From positions 1,696,001 through 1,760,000 of the forward strand of contig CBDCDZ010000004.1 in the NCBI GenBank assembly GCA_965215565.1: 64,000 nucleotides of DNA. The letters run 5' to 3'. The DNA is from Trueperaceae bacterium. Its GTDB lineage: Bacteria; Deinococcota; Deinococci; Deinococcales; Trueperaceae. The first letter of the stretch is position 1. Every line of letters begins with the position of its first letter. A program made the translations under genes and the position numbers. The notes beneath the pieces were generated by a model. That model saw only the letters and a list, made by a program, of their open reading frames with translations. It searched no databases and was not told the origin of the DNA. Positions 60,421-64,000 of this stretch are shown here, piece by piece.

Positions 60421-61821
60421 TTAGCCGACGAATACCAAGCGGTAGAGCAAACCTACCCCCGCGCTCACCGCCAGGGTAGGAATCATGCCCACCTTGAAGC
60501 GAAAGAGCGCCACAAACGCACCTACCGCAATCGTGAGCGCCATCCAGCTAAGCGTCACCCAATCAGGCACGAGCAGCCGGAGCGGACCAAAGTAAACGTC
60601 GGTCACGTTAGAAAACACCGCATGAACCCCGAACCAGACCGCCAAGTTGAGAATGACACCCACCACCGCTGCCGTGATCGCCGAGAGCGCCGCTGTGAGC
60701 GATTTATTACCGCGCAGGTACTCAATGAAGGGCGCACCCAAAAAGATGAAGAAGAAGCAGGGCGCAAACGTCATCCAAGTGGTGAGCACCGAGCCTAAAA
60801 CGCCCGCCGTGATAGGCTCCAAACCGCCCTGCCGATACGCACCCATAAAGCCGACGAACTGCGTGACCTGTACGAGCGGTCCCGGCGTGGTCTCCGCCAT
60901 GCCGAGCCCGTCTAACATCTCGCCAGGTCTCAGCCAGCCGTAGACCTCCACCGCTTGCTGCGCGATAAAGGCGAGCACCGAATACGCCCCGCCAAAGGTC
61001 ACGACGGCAGCTTGGGAGAAGAAGAGGGCGATCTGCGAAAAGACGTTGCCCGCGCCGAGCGTCAAGATAATGAGCGCTAAAGGAGCCAGCCAGATAGAGA
61101 GCCAAATCGCACTCGTTTTAAGCGCGTAAGACGCAGACGGCGCAGTGTGAGAGGCGACGGCGTCCGTGATGACAAAGCCCGCTTCATCGTCTTCGCCGAC
61201 CTCTCGTCCCTTGACGACGTAGAAGAGGTCAGGCGCAAACTTTCCGCCTAAGAAGCCGATGAGACCCGCAACGAATACGATAAGCGGAAAAGGCAGAGTG
61301 AAAAAGAAAATCGCGACGAACGCGAGTGCGGCGATGAGGAGCATCGCCCAGTTTTTAATCACGCGCTTGCCGATACGGATGACCGCTTCGGCAACGAGCG
61401 CTAATACCGCCGCTTTGAGCCCAAAAAAGAGGGCTTCGACGAAGCTCGAGCCGCTATAAAGCGCATAGACAATACTCAGCGCAAGAATCGAGAGGAAGCC
61501 CGGCAAGATAAAGAGCGACCCCGCCACGAGTCCGCCCTTCGTCTTATGAAGCAGCCAGCCGATATACGTCGCAAGCTGCTGCGCTTCGGGACCGGGCAGG
61601 AGCATACAGTAGTTCATCGCGTGCAAAAAGCGCGTCTCGCTGATCCAACGCTTCTCTTCCACAAGGAGTTTGTGCATCACCGCAATCTGCCCCGCCGGAC
61701 CGCCGAAGGAGTTGAGCGCAACCTTGATCCACACGCGGAGCGCCTCGGAAAAGGGGATGTCGTGAGCAGCGGGCGGTGTGGCGGATGGTTTAGTAGCGGG
61801 CGAAGCGGAGGCTTTGTCCAT
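60421..61821 (-). CDS. chrA: chromate efflux transporter (long-chain CHR)
   Basis: SFGGPAGQIAVMH, LPGPEAQQLA, TFGGAYSV, AETTPGP. Confidence 0.95.
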   Translation of the reverse strand: MDKASASPATKPSATPPAAHDIPFSEALRVWIKVALNSFGGPAGQIAVMHKLLVEEKRWISETRFLHAMNYCMLLPGPEAQQLATYIGWLLHKTKGGLVAGSLFILPGFLSILALSIVYALYSGSSFVEALFFGLKAAVLALVAEAVIRIGKRVIKNWAMLLIAALAFVAIFFFTLPFPLIVFVAGLIGFLGGKFAPDLFYVVKGREVGEDDEAGFVITDAVASHTAPSASYALKTSAIWLSIWLAPLALIILTLGAGNVFSQIALFFSQAAVVTFGGAYSVLAFIAQQAVEVYGWLRPGEMLDGLGMAETTPGPLVQVTQFVGFMGAYRQGGLEPITAGVLGSVLTTWMTFAPCFFFIFLGAPFIEYLRGNKSLTAALSAITAAVVGVILNLAVWFGVHAVFSNVTDVYFGPLRLLVPDWVTLSWMALTIAVGAFVALFRFKVGMIPTLAVSAGVGLLYRLVFVG

Positions 61822-61997
61822 GAGGTCTCCTCGGCAGTCTAAAGTGGCTCTGTATGGTCTTTGTCAGATGCTTGTGAAAACGCCGCGTAGAGACCGCTGA
61901 AGAGGTGACGACCTCGAGCCTTAAATTCCGCGTCACTCGACCATTCAAAAACGCATCAAATCTCGCTTCGGCGTGTGCGAGAGGTGCGCTTGAAGGT

Positions 61998-62861
61998 TTA
62001 GGCAGTCTTCAGCGGATAGCCACTTGAAATATGAGTAATAGGAACTTTCGGGAGCTTGGGCTCTAACCACTCCGCCAAATATGTCATCCCCGCCTCTTCT
62101 GAGGGTTGATGCCCGACGATGATAAGCCCCAGCTTACGTCCATAAGTTTGCGCGTCGCGCACGTACTCGGTTAGCGCCCACTCGTCAACCTCACCGCAGA
62201 TGAGCAAGTCGAGCCTGTCCTCCCTCACCGAAGGCAGTTGAAAGTAAAGTCCCGGCGACCCGACGAAGAGCCCGACACGCTCGTGCAGCGTTTCTTCTTT
62301 GCCGACGACTTGAACGGTATCTACACCGAACGCCCGCTCAACTTGGCTCACGACCTCTCTAAGTGACGTCGGCGGCAACACAAAAACGTGCTGTGCGCTT
62401 CCTTCTAAAATACTGCGTCAGCCTGATGGGTCTGAACTAACAGACGGTGGCGTTTTATCTTCGCATTTCTCTAAAAAGTCCTGCCAGCCCATCTGACGGA
62501 TAACACCCGTATAAATTCCATCGGGCTCGTGTATGTGCCAGTAGTCGTGGTAGCGGAAGATAGCGATGTTGTGAGCCTCGAGCCTCTCCCTCTTCTGCTG
62601 AATAATGGCGTCCTTCGGAAAGGTTGTTGGGCTGTCGTCGTGATGATAAAACGTAGGCTCATGCGTAATGATGAGGTTCGCGCCTAACGCTGCCGCCCTC
62701 TCAATAACCTCCGCTGTGGCTAGAAAGGTTATGACGATTCCCGTAACCTCTGCGCTCTCATCCCCGACTTTAAGCGTATCGTTCGAACCGTCTAGCGGTC
62801 CTTCTTTTGGCATTCCTGACACCGCCGCTTTGAGCAAGGCGATAACGTCGCCTACGGTCAC
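61998..62861 (-). pseudogene. NIF3-like metal-binding protein interrupted by a 66-bp in-frame insert carrying TGA
   Basis: THEPTFY, RYHDYWH, GE..EW, GHQPSEEAGM; two same-frame ORFs; TCTAAAA repeated at 62404 and 62470. Confidence 0.8.
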
Positions 62862-63026
62862 AGCAGCTCGTCTCGAGACTCAGCACCTTGCTCATCTTTC
62901 AACATGCGCCATTATAGCCAGCAAATGAGCGGGAGAAACGCTCGCCACTTGCTTTACCTCTTGAATTACGCTACTATTTTGTTAATTGGCGAAATAACAA
63001 ACAAAAACGCGCTGAAAGGATGAACT

Positions 63027-63986
63027 GTGAAACAACTCGTTTTCTTCTTTTTACTGAGTTTGGGTTCCGTATTCGCCTCATCTGAAGAGGTCAGGTTAGA
63101 GACGATGACTGGCACACTTTATGGGACGCTCGAGCTGCCCAACACCTCCGAACCCTACCCCGTCGTCCTCATCCATCCTGGCTCAGGTCCCACCGATAGA
63201 GACGGTAACTCCGCGCAGCTACCTGGTAAAAACGACAGCCTCAAGCTGTTAGCGGAAGCGTTGGCGGAGGAAGGAATCGCGAGCTTGCGTATTGACAAAC
63301 GAGGCAGCGGCGAGAGCGCAGGCGCAACTCCGAACGAAGCTAACTTACGTTTTGACACGTACATTGACGACGCGGCAGCGTGGCTCAACCTCTTACAAAG
63401 CGATGAGCGCTTCTCCGACATCGTTATGCTGGGTCACTCCGAAGGCTCACTCATCGGCATGATGGCGGCGCAACGTGCGGGCGCGGACGGCTTCATCTCG
63501 CTCGCGGGCGCAGGCGAACCGGCGGCGGACACGCTCGTGCGGCAACTGAGTGCCCAACTTCCCCAACCTCTTTTAGAGGAGAGTAAAGAGGTCATCACCT
63601 CGTTAGAAGAGGGCGAAACGGTCCAGCCGCTACCGGCAGGTATCGCTGCTATGCCTGCCATCGGTAACGCCCTCTTTCGCCCTAGCTTGCAGCCCTATCT
63701 CATCAGTTGGTTTCAGTATGACCCGGCGGAAGAGGTAGCGAGGCTCGAGATGCCTGTCCTAATTATCCAGGGCACAACAGATATACAGGTGCGCGCCAAA
63801 GATGCCGAACTGCTGAGCGCCGCCAAGCCCAACGCCGAACTCGCCATTTTAGAAGGGATGAATCACGTTTTGAAAGATGCACCTGCAAACCGCGCGCTGA
63901 ACTTAGCGACGTATGCGAATCCCGACCTACCGCTTACGGATGGGTTGGTAGGGGCTATCTCGAGCTTCGTCAAAACACTCCCATGA
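63027..63986 (+). CDS. secreted alpha/beta hydrolase
   Basis: Signal peptide, PGSGPTDRDGN, GHSEG, MNHVLK. Confidence 0.9.
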   Translation: MKQLVFFFLLSLGSVFASSEEVRLETMTGTLYGTLELPNTSEPYPVVLIHPGSGPTDRDGNSAQLPGKNDSLKLLAEALAEEGIASLRIDKRGSGESAGATPNEANLRFDTYIDDAAAWLNLLQSDERFSDIVMLGHSEGSLIGMMAAQRAGADGFISLAGAGEPAADTLVRQLSAQLPQPLLEESKEVITSLEEGETVQPLPAGIAAMPAIGNALFRPSLQPYLISWFQYDPAEEVARLEMPVLIIQGTTDIQVRAKDAELLSAAKPNAELAILEGMNHVLKDAPANRALNLATYANPDLPLTDGLVGAISSFVKTLP

Positions 63987-64000
63987 ACGACGCTTTCAAA

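Overview
Chromosomal window, roughly 58-60% GC by eye, most consistent with a Deinococcota (Trueperaceae-like) bacterium: short IF2, TAnnnT-6nt-start leaderless gene starts and a Deinococcus SRE-like repeat. Coding content in order: trpC (partial); an SDR; a Wadjet (jetABCD) anti-plasmid operon whose jetA carries an in-frame TAG; a Phd/VapC toxin-antitoxin pair; two M16 peptidases; rel; an aminotransferase-IV/sulfotransferase-like operon; pduO plus two signal-less BtuF-like proteins; a 7-gene pentose-glycan operon (Uxe/GalE-like, Uxs, GH-A+GT2 fusion, ABC exporter, degenerate APH-fold kinase, two paralogous GT-like proteins); a Liv-type ABC transporter with an acyl-CoA ligase; a DPA-like (UbiA-DprE1-DprE2-flippase-GT-C) arabinosylation operon; a class V aminotransferase with a candidate leader-peptide attenuator; rimP-nusA-ylxR-infB; pip; malic enzyme; chrA; an interrupted NIF3 gene; and a hydrolase. 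The non-coding DNA is the most unusual part. About 12 copies of a modular MITE-like family (TAGCAG...CTGCTA, 3-bp target duplications) grow by nested ~21-24-nt hairpin micro-inserts, sit inside REPs, and occupy every non-overlapping spacer of the nusA-infB operon. There are also GTAG and TGTC REPs, inverted heptamer arrays, and strongly over-represented CTCGAG and AGAGGT words. No CRISPR array, tRNA, rRNA or transposase was seen. All family assignments come from motif recognition by eye, not database searches.
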